Shown piece after piece: positions 19,801-28,241 of a stretch of DNA of 61,861 nt (position 1 is its first letter; every line of letters starts with the position of its first letter). Position numbers and translations under genes: made by a program. Under the pieces are notes generated by a model. The model was not told where the DNA came from. It did not search any database and worked only from the letters and a program-made list of their open reading frames with translations. This stretch comes from a virus (Duplodnaviria > Caudoviricetes), in IMG/VR virus record IMGVR_UViG_3300020405_000676, positions 1 through 61,861 of that record. One strand, written 5' to 3'.

Positions 19801-22800
19801 CGACTTTGTTGGTTAACTCTTTGTGCTCCTTCTATTACTTCTCTTTGCGTTCTAGAATCTACATTTCCGTTTACTATAGTATCAAATAATTCTTTTTCCA
19901 TAAACGAAAGTGAATGTGCAGGAATATTAATTGTTGCAAATGAACTGTTTCTGACATTTTTCTTAAAGTTATCTCTGTCTTTTGTTAATTGTTGTTTACG
20001 TTTGATAGCATCATCCTGACTGTCAAATCCATTGTCTACAAAAATTTTGTCTAAACCACGCATGAAGTCTCTAATTCCTTCGAATCTAGACTTTATAGTA
20101 TTTTTTATTTCATCAAATTTATAATAATAAGGATAACGTTCTTTGTTTCTATAATAAGAACCCAACATTTCTCTTAATGTGTCTGTTACATAATCATTGA
20201 TATTGTGAACAGTTCTACTGTCTGTGGTATTCCTAACAATATCATCTAACGTGCCTTGTATATTTTCATATTTGTAAGTTCTAACACCTAGGAATTGGTC
20301 TCCATCTCTTTCGCCTAATAAATCCATGTACTCTTCTTTTTCTTCATCTGACATATTAGGTAAGTCTCGTACTTCATCTCTACTGATTCCTAATATGTTT
20401 GACCATTCATCATCATCTGATTTATTTGTATCATAAAATTTAGCAATTATAGGTGCCATTTTTTGCAATGTTTCAACTGCTTTGGATTTATCTGTTTCAT
20501 ATTGTTGTTCTAAAAACGCGAATCTTCTTCTCAACAACATTGTGTAATTGCTTAATGCTACATCTTCGTAAGAATCGTCACTATAGATGTTTGGATTATG
20601 ATTCCTACTAACAGGTTCATTGTAAGAATCAAATTGTTTTACATACTGAAGCAATTTAGTATAACTTGGTCTATCAAAAATCATTCCTGTTTGCAAGAAT
20701 AATGGTTTACTGCTATATCCTGAAGTTGTCAATTTGTTATAAAAATCGTTAAACTGTCTTTTTTCACTTGCGTCTTTTATTAAAGATGAAATTTCACTTT
20801 CAATATCAGCAGTATCACCTAGCCTATCTGGACCTAAACGAACATCAATTGCCATTTGTGTAAGTTTTTTCAATACCTTTGAATCAAACTCTTTATTGTT
20901 GGCAACATTCCACATGCCTTTTGCTATTGCTTCTACTTCTGGTGCTGAAACAAAGTCTGGTTTTCTTATAATGTCTTTTTGAAGTAATTTATTAATACCA
21001 TCTTTAACAATTTGTACTTTTGTTTGTTGATTTAATTTTACAGAACCTGTTTTTCTGTGGTCCCAAACTAAAGATTCTATTGCTGTTATTACATTAAATT
21101 CAATTTCTCTTTCTGTGATTTCATTTTTCTTTATGAAACTTCTTAAGGCACCTATACTTTTTGCATTAGGCTGTTGCCTTGCTAATCCAGATGATACATC
21201 TATTGCCAACATACCCAATGCTTCACTGAATTTTGATAAACTTTCACCTCTCAATTCTATTGCTGTTTCACTAGGTGGATTCATTGCTGGTCTAAAGTAT
21301 GCTTTTATTGACCGGTCTTGTTTAACTTCTTTTACTCCGCCTCTTTTTGAATATTTTATTTTGTCTAATTTTCTTTTCAAAGAACTGTCGAAATCGTCTA
21401 AACTATCTGAAGTGTTTTCAAGATATTCCATCCATTGTTTTTTCCACTTGATGTCTGCTTTTGGATCTAAACTGTCAGTTGCTCTTTGCAATCCTTCCAT
21501 TGCACTCAACATAAGTTTAGTAAATTCTAAGTATTTTCTAGAACTTATCATTGCTTTTGATGTGTCTAACAAAGGATCTGCAGAAACATCTGAATACTGT
21601 CCTTTTAGATTTTCAACTTCTTCAACATCTCCTTGACTGATATCACTTGCTTTTCTTAGTAATCTTGATAATGCTTTTACATAATCGCCTTGATATTGGT
21701 CTGTGTGCCCAGCAACCATTGTGGTAGCATATCTTACTACTGCCTTAAATACTTTATCAAAGTCTTGTTCGTAGTCTTCGCCACCACCTATTCTAAACTC
21801 TATAAGATTTGTGTTAGTTTTAGAATCAGTTTGATTCTTAAAATGTATAGAACGGAATTTGTCTTGGCTTATAGCCTTTTCTAAAAATGCTTCTGCTTTT
21901 TTTATTCCTTCTGAGCCACCTTCTTGTTGCAAAGTTTTTACAGCATCTTCTAATTCTCTGTATTGGCTTTTTGTATAAGTGTTACTGCCTCTAAAAAATG
22001 TGCCTAATAGATATTGGTCGCCTAATAATACAGCCATTTTAACTTTATTTGCTATTACTTTGCTTGAACCTGGTTTATAGTTTACAGTTTCACCATCTTG
22101 TGGATTGTAACTCATTGTGACGTGTAATCCAGTACTGCTGTTTGTAAGTGCTCCTTCACTTTGCAGGAACTCAAAAAACTTTTTCATTTCTGCTAACATT
22201 CTTCTTGGAGTACTAAACACTGGTGATATGATTTCTGCACCTGTTCCATATCCGTCAATACTACTGTCTGACTCTACTGCATAATTTTTTGTACTACCAC
22301 TAGTGTTACCATAGTCGCCATGTTCCACAGAGTCATCTGAAAAAGCACTATTATTTCTAACAAATGCTGAAACAAGTTCGGCAACTTCACCTAGATTGTT
22401 TCCTGTGCTGTAATCAATACCATAATCATCACAAAATGAACTCATGCTGTACCAATTGTCATTGATCCAATCGTCATAATCATGATTTTCACTGGCTTCT
22501 TCATATGCATTTTGTCTTACATCGTCATCTTCTACTGCTAATTCTCTTAAATATTCTCTAAAGTCTGACCCTCTGTATTCATCAACATATTCTCTTGCCC
22601 AATTTTCATCTTCATATCCGTACAATTCTGACAGTTCTTCAGCACCTTCTTCTTCAAATCTTTCATCACCGTATTCTTGTCTCAGTACGCCTTCTCTGTA
22701 ATCATCCCAATCTGCTTCTTCTATACCTGAATCGTCTATATAATCGTTGATGTAATCTTCGTCATCTTCACGTTCGTTGACCCACTCAGCAATGGCATCC

Positions 22801-23564
22801 TCTATGTAATCATCTACTTTGTAATCATAAAGCCACTCTGTATATTGTTCTGATATGCTATCCCAATCAACACCTCCGAACTCTTCATCGACTTGATTAA
22901 GAGTCATATTGTCTACATCATCATCTACACCTTCTATATTTTCCCAAACAGTTTCTGCCTCCCAGCCACAACGTATTTGTGCATCTAGTGAACTGTTTAT
23001 TACTTCTTTTCTATTAAAGTTTATTTCGAATAATTTTTCTTCTGCTTCTTTTAAACCCAATCTAGCAAGTCTTTTAATTTTCTTCTTGCCGTCTTTTACA
23101 AGTGAAGATAATTTGTTTGCATTTTTCTGTGATAATTTTTTAACTTTTTTATTTTCCTCTAAATCTACAAACACCTCATCTTTAGGATCTAGTAATTGAT
23201 ATTCGCCCTTTTTATCTTGTACAACAACTTTGTCTGGTTGTGGTTTGTCTCCAACTTTACTGACAACTTTTCCTAATACTTCGCCTTTTTCATCTTTGTA
23301 TTCTGCATCTACTTCTAATTCTCCTGTTTTAATAGGAGTAAATTTTGGTTGTTCTTGTTCTGGTTCTTTAACATCAAGTCCGGGTGTTGTTGTTGGACTG
23401 CCTAAGTCTTTTTGTGGAGGCGTTTTCTTATCTACTGTTGGACTCTTAGCATTTGCTTTTGCATTTGCTCCTGTTGATTGTTGAGATGTTGGAGTACTTG
23501 AACCAGGCTTCATACCATATTCAGTTAGTATAGACTCTATAGTTCTAACGTCTTTAAACTTCAT
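16887..23564 (-). CDS. 2225-aa multidomain protein: putative amidoligase (COOH-NH2 ligase type 2) plus C-terminal PD-(D/E)XK-like domain
   Basis: GWEAE...DSSI...EIISPV...STGLHV...IEFR amidoligase motifs; GPGE...GDL...VELK nuclease-like motif. Confidence 0.7.
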   Translation of the reverse strand: MKFKDVRTIESILTEYGMKPGSSTPTSQQSTGANAKANAKSPTVDKKTPPQKDLGSPTTTPGLDVKEPEQEQPKFTPIKTGELEVDAEYKDEKGEVLGKVVSKVGDKPQPDKVVVQDKKGEYQLLDPKDEVFVDLEENKKVKKLSQKNANKLSSLVKDGKKKIKRLARLGLKEAEEKLFEINFNRKEVINSSLDAQIRCGWEAETVWENIEGVDDDVDNMTLNQVDEEFGGVDWDSISEQYTEWLYDYKVDDYIEDAIAEWVNEREDDEDYINDYIDDSGIEEADWDDYREGVLRQEYGDERFEEEGAEELSELYGYEDENWAREYVDEYRGSDFREYLRELAVEDDDVRQNAYEEASENHDYDDWINDNWYSMSSFCDDYGIDYSTGNNLGEVAELVSAFVRNNSAFSDDSVEHGDYGNTSGSTKNYAVESDSSIDGYGTGAEIISPVFSTPRRMLAEMKKFFEFLQSEGALTNSSTGLHVTMSYNPQDGETVNYKPGSSKVIANKVKMAVLLGDQYLLGTFFRGSNTYTKSQYRELEDAVKTLQQEGGSEGIKKAEAFLEKAISQDKFRSIHFKNQTDSKTNTNLIEFRIGGGEDYEQDFDKVFKAVVRYATTMVAGHTDQYQGDYVKALSRLLRKASDISQGDVEEVENLKGQYSDVSADPLLDTSKAMISSRKYLEFTKLMLSAMEGLQRATDSLDPKADIKWKKQWMEYLENTSDSLDDFDSSLKRKLDKIKYSKRGGVKEVKQDRSIKAYFRPAMNPPSETAIELRGESLSKFSEALGMLAIDVSSGLARQQPNAKSIGALRSFIKKNEITEREIEFNVITAIESLVWDHRKTGSVKLNQQTKVQIVKDGINKLLQKDIIRKPDFVSAPEVEAIAKGMWNVANNKEFDSKVLKKLTQMAIDVRLGPDRLGDTADIESEISSLIKDASEKRQFNDFYNKLTTSGYSSKPLFLQTGMIFDRPSYTKLLQYVKQFDSYNEPVSRNHNPNIYSDDSYEDVALSNYTMLLRRRFAFLEQQYETDKSKAVETLQKMAPIIAKFYDTNKSDDDEWSNILGISRDEVRDLPNMSDEEKEEYMDLLGERDGDQFLGVRTYKYENIQGTLDDIVRNTTDSRTVHNINDYVTDTLREMLGSYYRNKERYPYYYKFDEIKNTIKSRFEGIRDFMRGLDKIFVDNGFDSQDDAIKRKQQLTKDRDNFKKNVRNSSFATINIPAHSLSFMEKELFDTIVNGNVDSRTQREVIEGAQRVNQQSRGVFYVVPSAHWGPLQDAIEGMDQIQKRQKTGDMSQNWRLKNYVKLMDKFGDTYKIHYKTLRNEEKYEMLDGRDRNIIAESMQIEFTGKLDGRAGMGDVEELIPSKKLANEYSGEPLNRSSAINWILDEGNEAKALAAYDFKKYHGAESEKIKSMVVQNMEKNNNGFYKAIREVMESTPKGVQVIADQKIIDAAGVEHMDGQASNSIQDAANWNNLANFLKIEKGIDNQGPNMLEKVARTFDGDHEWRPQPDPTVCCLPRWVASVKAAAEYIKMNYTVSAGNYFRKNPDGSPGDDVGAIYGDTGSQPPPSRRGRNDGENTTEADYEAVRSKYIEFDRMMNAGMQNYMVRPDVNRLVDFLKNPDNDENFKKAVLKSMMKEKLEGSAPNDFQGHLALGRQLMQRETLRRQNPDPQEARARMLGRESAFDKFDKLPLEEQVRIINESTVLEKWSKKYKASINCSNPKGFSQKAHCAGKKKKESKVNERPLTKDEKKDKEKYVKGMKKSKGDFEKRYGKDAKAVMYATATKMAKESVNDFNRIEIINKLLADHFPVGDLKKQMLAYQAIPLPSMLDAFRQLRADAGDDACARNILRFYVDALPEEEKKKVNLQEWSKQHITKLLNEYTDLSTEKDNIIKTISGLDATNEQHANLLDRIYKLLNSEHIGKTLDKAFSFPLMDEPLSDKQKAKVIQDVTKIIGSIDSDYGTMSKFIDRLEKTGTVVNIQELDKPLNTFANVFGDDISTKAFVSLTAYGVGVNQKGPGEYGLACLSNKIRLASGEGDLEIEGIGKVELKAATSSTGGRIGYGGGSQKAKRAIIEKYADRIPTVVDSIGSVGGSLGFSKFINGINQDLPTTDSDNQKIRRQLALDLFSMDMENYAGPIADVIANNTNAEEIENVYLKQNFLWYKDRDDFDGLLLISIPNQKTAMIKNENDLIAFRRSGHAMATSISIIPTQAGAGREQWAQLSLKKGTL

Positions 23565-23869
23565 TATCTTCTGCCACGCCTTAAATTTGTACTTCTATTT
23601 AGACTTCTTAATCTTCTTGATGCTGGATTTAGTCTTTTTGTTCTGTTTGCTTTTCTGCTAATACGTTTACCCATTCTTGCTTTTGTTCTTTTTAAGGTCA
23701 TACGTTTTTTCATATTAATAGGTGCTGAACATTGTGAAGGTTTGCTCACAACCCTACCTTTACGTCTACCGCTAGTACATCTAACGGCACGTTTAATTTT
23801 TTTGCCCATCCTACGCCAGACCATTCTGGACTCAAGAATATCTTCGTCACTAATATCTTCGTATCTCAT
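23564..23869 (-). CDS. Very basic Arg/Lys-rich small protein
   Basis: Acidic 13-aa leader ending ILE, followed by a protamine-like basic region with two Cys. Confidence 0.8.
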   Translation of the reverse strand: MRYEDISDEDILESRMVWRRMGKKIKRAVRCTSGRRKGRVVSKPSQCSAPINMKKRMTLKRTKARMGKRISRKANRTKRLNPASRRLRSLNRSTNLRRGRR

Positions 23870-23870
23870 A

Positions 23871-24119
23871 CTAACCTAAAAAATTAACTAATAAACCAAT
23901 AACTAATGCTACCAATGTTGTAAAACTTGTTCCAACAATAGCAACTAACCAATTTTCCATTTTGTTCAGTCTGTGCTTGGTATCTTCTTTAAATTCTCTA
24001 AGTTCTGTTGTAATACTTTCAATACGCAACATATCCGCAATGATGTGTGCTTCTAAATTATCTTTGTTAGCATAAACTTGTTGTTCAACTGGTTTTGTTT
24101 CTGGTTGTTTGTTCTTCAT
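23871..24119 (-). CDS. Small coiled-coil protein with C-terminal transmembrane helix
   Basis: Start reassigned to ATG 24119 (MKNKQPE); hydrophobic C-terminus WLVAIVGTSFTTLVALVIGLLV. Confidence 0.7.
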   Translation of the reverse strand: MKNKQPETKPVEQQVYANKDNLEAHIIADMLRIESITTELREFKEDTKHRLNKMENWLVAIVGTSFTTLVALVIGLLVNFLG

Positions 24120-24120
24120 A

Positions 24121-24525
24121 TTACAGTAAATCCTGTTTTGTAAATTCCATATTAATACTGCTTTTTGTATCAACAGTACCGGCATTTAGTACAACGCCGT
24201 TTAACTCATCTTGTAGTGTCTCTACTGTGTGAGAACCAGGTTGCTCTGTAGCAAATTTAAAAATATATCCTGCACCTGTTAATGTTGGTGCTCCATAATT
24301 TTCTAATACATTTGCACCTACACCATTTAGATATACAGGATTATTCATCACAGTGGGCATTGCCCTTAATCCTATTACTTGTACTACACTTTCAAAGTCT
24401 TTTTGACTATTATTACTGTAGTCTCCTGTAACGGTGATATCTAGTGTTGTAAAAAGTGTAAAAAATTCGATGTTTCCTGTAAGGACTTCTACCGAACCCA
24501 TTGCACCTGCTCTCTGTAAACTCAT
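24121..24525 (-). CDS. Small putative virion protein (family member 3)
   Basis: Late box 24547-24554, SD GGAG; similar layout to the two upstream ORFs. Confidence 0.75.
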   Translation of the reverse strand: MSLQRAGAMGSVEVLTGNIEFFTLFTTLDITVTGDYSNNSQKDFESVVQVIGLRAMPTVMNNPVYLNGVGANVLENYGAPTLTGAGYIFKFATEQPGSHTVETLQDELNGVVLNAGTVDTKSSINMEFTKQDLL

Positions 24526-24590
24526 GTGTGTCTCCGTATATTGTACTATTTATCACTAATACGAAATTTTGGGCATAGGAACGACAGCCA

Positions 24591-24620
24591 AAAAAAAGCA
24601 CACCCGAAGGTGTGCTTTTT
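24591..24620 (-). terminator. Intrinsic terminator
   Basis: AAAAAGCACACC-CGAA-GGTGTGCTTTTT; reads as a UUCG-loop hairpin plus U tract on the minus strand. Confidence 0.9.
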
Positions 24621-24639
24621 AAAAGTTTGTACTTTTAGG

Positions 24640-24972
24640 TTACACTACTCTGTATTCACCTGCTGTTACAGTTGCGTTTGCACCGTTACCAGTAAGAACT
24701 GGTTGGATAGCCGCTAGTAAGTCAGCCGCTGAAGGTTGTCCTTCAACACCAACATGCATGACTGTAGCAGAAATGCTGTTAATTAAAACTGGAGTACATC
24801 TTGTAGATAATGCTTGAACAACTAATTCACCTTTTAATGCGTTACCACTTGAGTAACCAAATTGGCTAATGTTGTCAGTTCCGTCTACTTCGTCAATGAT
24901 GAAATGACTTAGTGATCCAATTAATAATTGACTGTTATCAAGTACTGCACCGTTTACTCTTTGTTGTGCCAT
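24640..24972 (-). CDS. Small putative virion protein (family member 2)
   Basis: ATG 24972 with SD TAGGAG; own late promoter and terminator. Confidence 0.75.
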   Translation of the reverse strand: MAQQRVNGAVLDNSQLLIGSLSHFIIDEVDGTDNISQFGYSSGNALKGELVVQALSTRCTPVLINSISATVMHVGVEGQPSAADLLAAIQPVLTGNGANATVTAGEYRVV

Positions 24973-24993
24973 GATAAACACTCCTAATCTTTA

Positions 24994-25061
24994 AGTATAT
25001 CGTGGTCTAGTAACCACCGCCGTTATTTTGTGTGATATACTATTGGTTACTTTTATTTATA
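24994..25061 (-). promoter_or_regulatory. TATAAATA late promoter plus structured 5' leader
   Basis: TATAAATA at 25054-25061; two perfect 8-bp complementary pairs in crossed order. Confidence 0.55.
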
Positions 25062-25102
25062 CAAAATTTAGTGAAATATAATACTTTGAAAAAGTTAAAG
25101 TC

Positions 25103-25130
25103 AAAAAAAAGCACACCCTAAGGTGTGCTT
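25103..25130 (-). terminator. Intrinsic terminator, near-duplicate of 24591-24620
   Basis: AAAAAAAAGCACACC-CTAA-GGTGTGCTT. Confidence 0.9.
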
Positions 25131-25153
25131 CTTTCTGTTTAATAAGTTAAAAC

Positions 25154-25522
25154 TTATAGGACAAATGCGGCAACTGTTGCTGATGCTAAGTTTACACCGT
25201 CAACTGTTCCTAATGCTTGTACTACGTCTTCTAAGTGAGCCGCTAAGGTTTCACTGTTAGATCCGTCATAAGTGTCAGTTCCGTGTTCGCCTTCAAATAT
25301 AATTTTAAGACCTTGTCCTGTTCCACCAGTGTCATCTACTGCACCGATAGCCAAAGGTGTTAAACCTTCGTTTTGGATTGCCTTCATAACTACATCTACT
25401 GTGCTACCAACAGCCAATTTTGCTGAAACGTCAGCACCAAAGTCTAATTGGATTCCTGCGAATACCTTTCCACCTACGTGTCCTGCGGCAACTGCCGCGC
25501 CTGCGTTTTGAGTCTGTGCCAT
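25154..25522 (-). CDS. Small Ala/Gly-rich putative virion (decoration-like) protein (family member 1)
   Basis: Late box 25569-25576, leader hairpin GAGGC-ATAC-GCCTC, SD TAGGAG, own terminator. Confidence 0.75.
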   Translation of the reverse strand: MAQTQNAGAAVAAGHVGGKVFAGIQLDFGADVSAKLAVGSTVDVVMKAIQNEGLTPLAIGAVDDTGGTGQGLKIIFEGEHGTDTYDGSNSETLAAHLEDVVQALGTVDGVNLASATVAAFVL

Positions 25523-25615
25523 TTTAATTCTCCTAATAATGGTGAGGCGTATGCCTCTTCGTTAATATTATTTATCTAAAAGGGAGTTTTTTTGATGTTT
25601 TATTTGTGAAAAATA

Positions 25616-26158
25616 TTAGCCTAATCGACCTTTTCTATCTGGCAAACCTCTGCCTGCAATAATATTTCCTACTGATTGACCTATTTTACTGCCCATTTGT
25701 CTGCCTGATTTTGCTTGTTTTACGCCTGGAATTTTGTTTACAATATCTGGAATGTCAATTTTTATATCAGAATCTGCTTTGTTTCTATGAGTAGATTGAT
25801 TCCACCCTCTTTTTAATTTAGTTTCAGGTCGTTCATATCCCATGTTAGCACTTGAAAAGTTTCTACCTGTATCGTCGTCATCACTGTCTTTGCTTTTAAC
25901 TTTGCCGTCAGTCCATTGCTTTAATGCGTCTTTAACTGCTTTACCTATTGTCATACTAGGAGGTCCGGATAGATATAACCCTCTAGCAATCATTTGAATT
26001 TGTGCAGTAGGTACGTTTACGAACTGAGGTATCCTAGATCCAACAGGTCCTATTTCGTCATCAAGTTCTTGTGCGACTTCATCGTTAAGTTCTTGGCCTC
26101 TAATTTTTCTAGGCTTACCGTCATCTTGAACTTCATTTATGATATCATTTATTAACAT
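25616..26158 (-). CDS. Hypothetical late protein
   Basis: MLINDIINE leader; TATAAATA at 26164-26171. Confidence 0.75.
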   Translation of the reverse strand: MLINDIINEVQDDGKPRKIRGQELNDEVAQELDDEIGPVGSRIPQFVNVPTAQIQMIARGLYLSGPPSMTIGKAVKDALKQWTDGKVKSKDSDDDDTGRNFSSANMGYERPETKLKRGWNQSTHRNKADSDIKIDIPDIVNKIPGVKQAKSGRQMGSKIGQSVGNIIAGRGLPDRKGRLG

Positions 26159-26166
26159 AACTGTAT

Positions 26167-26982
26167 TTATACCTGTTTACGTCTACCACTAGCCCAATAA
26201 CCTGCTATTGCGCCTATGCCTGCTCCTGTTCTACTACTTAATTTGTTCCTAGTAAGTTTAGGAATAACTTTACTTCCAACATAAGCACCGGCGGCAGTAC
26301 CAACGGCTGTTTTAGCCAAACTTCTATCTGACTTAGGAGCATTACTAAACTTTCTTTCTCGTTTCATTGCAACTAAATGCTGATAATTTTCACTACCTCT
26401 GCCTTTTATTCTTAACTGTTGTAATAATTTTGATACAACTAATTGCTTTTGGCTGTATTTTAAATCTTTCCAATCAATAATCAAACGTCTTAACTGCTTG
26501 TACAATGCAGTTTTTATTTGTAATTGGTTTTCCAAACGTATAAAGAAAGCAGATGCTTCACTTTTGCCTGGCTCTATTGTAGCCATCTTCTTTAAAAAGT
26601 TATAGTATCTTCTATTTTGAAAATTTAAACTGTTTAAAAATGCTTCATCTTTCTTTTTGATGTTTAAACTTTTATAATCAGGATGGTCAACTGCAAATGC
26701 CAACATGTATAAATCTGTTGAAGTGGTTCTAAATACTGCAAAAGGTCCAAACTGTACTGTTTTTCTTGCAACTGCTACTGCATAATCTCTTTGCTCTTTA
26801 TCATACACAAACATCAACAACATTAAAGTATTCAAATACAATAAGTCTGCAATAGTTCTGCCTGTTAAATTTCCAAATTGACTTGTATATCTAAAAAGTC
26901 TACTTTCACTTATCTCTTGGTCAATTAATTGAAAATCAAATTCGTACTGTGACACTTTATGCTCCTGGTCTTCCTGTTCCAA
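26167..26982 (-). CDS. Hypothetical protein with glycine-zipper-like C-terminus
   Basis: 271 aa; GTAAGAYVG and GAGIGAIAG repeats. Confidence 0.7.
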   Translation of the reverse strand: MEQEDQEHKVSQYEFDFQLIDQEISESRLFRYTSQFGNLTGRTIADLLYLNTLMLLMFVYDKEQRDYAVAVARKTVQFGPFAVFRTTSTDLYMLAFAVDHPDYKSLNIKKKDEAFLNSLNFQNRRYYNFLKKMATIEPGKSEASAFFIRLENQLQIKTALYKQLRRLIIDWKDLKYSQKQLVVSKLLQQLRIKGRGSENYQHLVAMKRERKFSNAPKSDRSLAKTAVGTAAGAYVGSKVIPKLTRNKLSSRTGAGIGAIAGYWASGRRKQV

Positions 26983-28240
26983 AGTTTAATCTACTAAACT
27001 CTAATCTATCTACAAGTTTGAGTGCGTTGCCCATTCTGTCTACAGCAACAAATCCTTCTTCGCCTGTAACTTCGAAACCTTTTTCTGTTTCTACAAATGT
27101 ACCTATTTGTCTAATCTGTTCTAGTTTTTTAACTAATTTTACTTTTGCTTCTATAATTTTTAAATACAAATCATATACAGCAACAATTCCAGGTACATGT
27201 TCTTTTATAAATTTTACACCTGCAACCATATCTCCTGTTGCTTGGTCTATTTTGTTTTGTGTTTTATAATTATCTATCTTTTTAGTCATAAATTCAATAT
27301 ATTTTTGCACAAAGCCTGAAGCAAATTTTGTAGGCTCATCAAATTGTCCTGCTCTAACTTGATTGTTCACATGTGCTTTTAATTGTTGTAAAAAATCTTT
27401 ACCGATTAAATCATTGCCTTTTTCTAACCAACTAAATGTTTCTGCATCTATGCTTTTCATGTAATTACTTGCTTCTGTAATTGCACTCATTATGTCTTGA
27501 CTTTCTGATTTTGTTAGTGTTACAGTACCACTTAAATCTTTAATAATTGCATCTCTGTGCCAAACACCATTTGCTTGTCCTAACACACTACTATCAAAAC
27601 CAAACTTGGCTTCTGTGTCAGCAAGTGTAGGGCCTCCTACATATTCTGTGTGCCAAACTATGCCAAAGCCTGCACTACTAATTTGTTTACCCATATCGCT
27701 GTCTTTGGGTACTGCATAAGTTATTGTGTTTGGTTTGAAGACAATATGTTCTTCTCCATCTATGGTTGCTGTTCTAATATCATCGCCTGTAAACAACATA
27801 TCACCTTGTGCAACTGTGTCCCAATTCAATCTCTTTAAAAAGTTTAATGCAAGTTTTAATTTTTCTCTTAAACCACTACCGTCTTTGTCGCCTACATCTG
27901 CATGATTTATATCGATGTCTTTATTTGTAAAATTAATTTTAGGTTTTTTTGCAAATACTCCTTTAGTACCTACAAAAAATTTCTTTGTTTCAGGATCTTT
28001 ACCTGCTATAATGGCTGGAGCACCATCCCATTTTGTTGTCATTGATACTGGAGTACTTGTATTGCCTTCAAGCATTTCATGTAGACTGTATAGATAATCT
28101 ACTGCTTCTTTGGCTCCATCAAAACCTTTATTGAAAATATTATCTTCTAAATGTTCTAAATGTGTATTCTTTGCTTCGTCAAGTACACTTTCGGTTAGCA
28201 GTTGAGTTACCAAAGGTTTTGATATCTCTAGGAACTTCAT
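26957..28240 (-). CDS. RNA-ligase-like covalent nucleotidyltransferase (DUF6267-like)
   Basis: TKWDGAP (KxDG motif I), QGD, EGFV (motif IV), LKLV (motif V); N-terminal NTHLEHLED. Confidence 0.65.
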   Translation of the reverse strand: MKFLEISKPLVTQLLTESVLDEAKNTHLEHLEDNIFNKGFDGAKEAVDYLYSLHEMLEGNTSTPVSMTTKWDGAPAIIAGKDPETKKFFVGTKGVFAKKPKINFTNKDIDINHADVGDKDGSGLREKLKLALNFLKRLNWDTVAQGDMLFTGDDIRTATIDGEEHIVFKPNTITYAVPKDSDMGKQISSAGFGIVWHTEYVGGPTLADTEAKFGFDSSVLGQANGVWHRDAIIKDLSGTVTLTKSESQDIMSAITEASNYMKSIDAETFSWLEKGNDLIGKDFLQQLKAHVNNQVRAGQFDEPTKFASGFVQKYIEFMTKKIDNYKTQNKIDQATGDMVAGVKFIKEHVPGIVAVYDLYLKIIEAKVKLVKKLEQIRQIGTFVETEKGFEVTGEEGFVAVDRMGNALKLVDRLEFSRLNFGTGRPGA

Positions 28241-28241
28241 T

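Noticed and set aside
24591-25130. CRISPR-like or mobile-element repeats
   Set aside because: Only two copies, ~500 nt apart, each directly after a stop codon with U tracts, so terminators; no CRISPR array seen in the window
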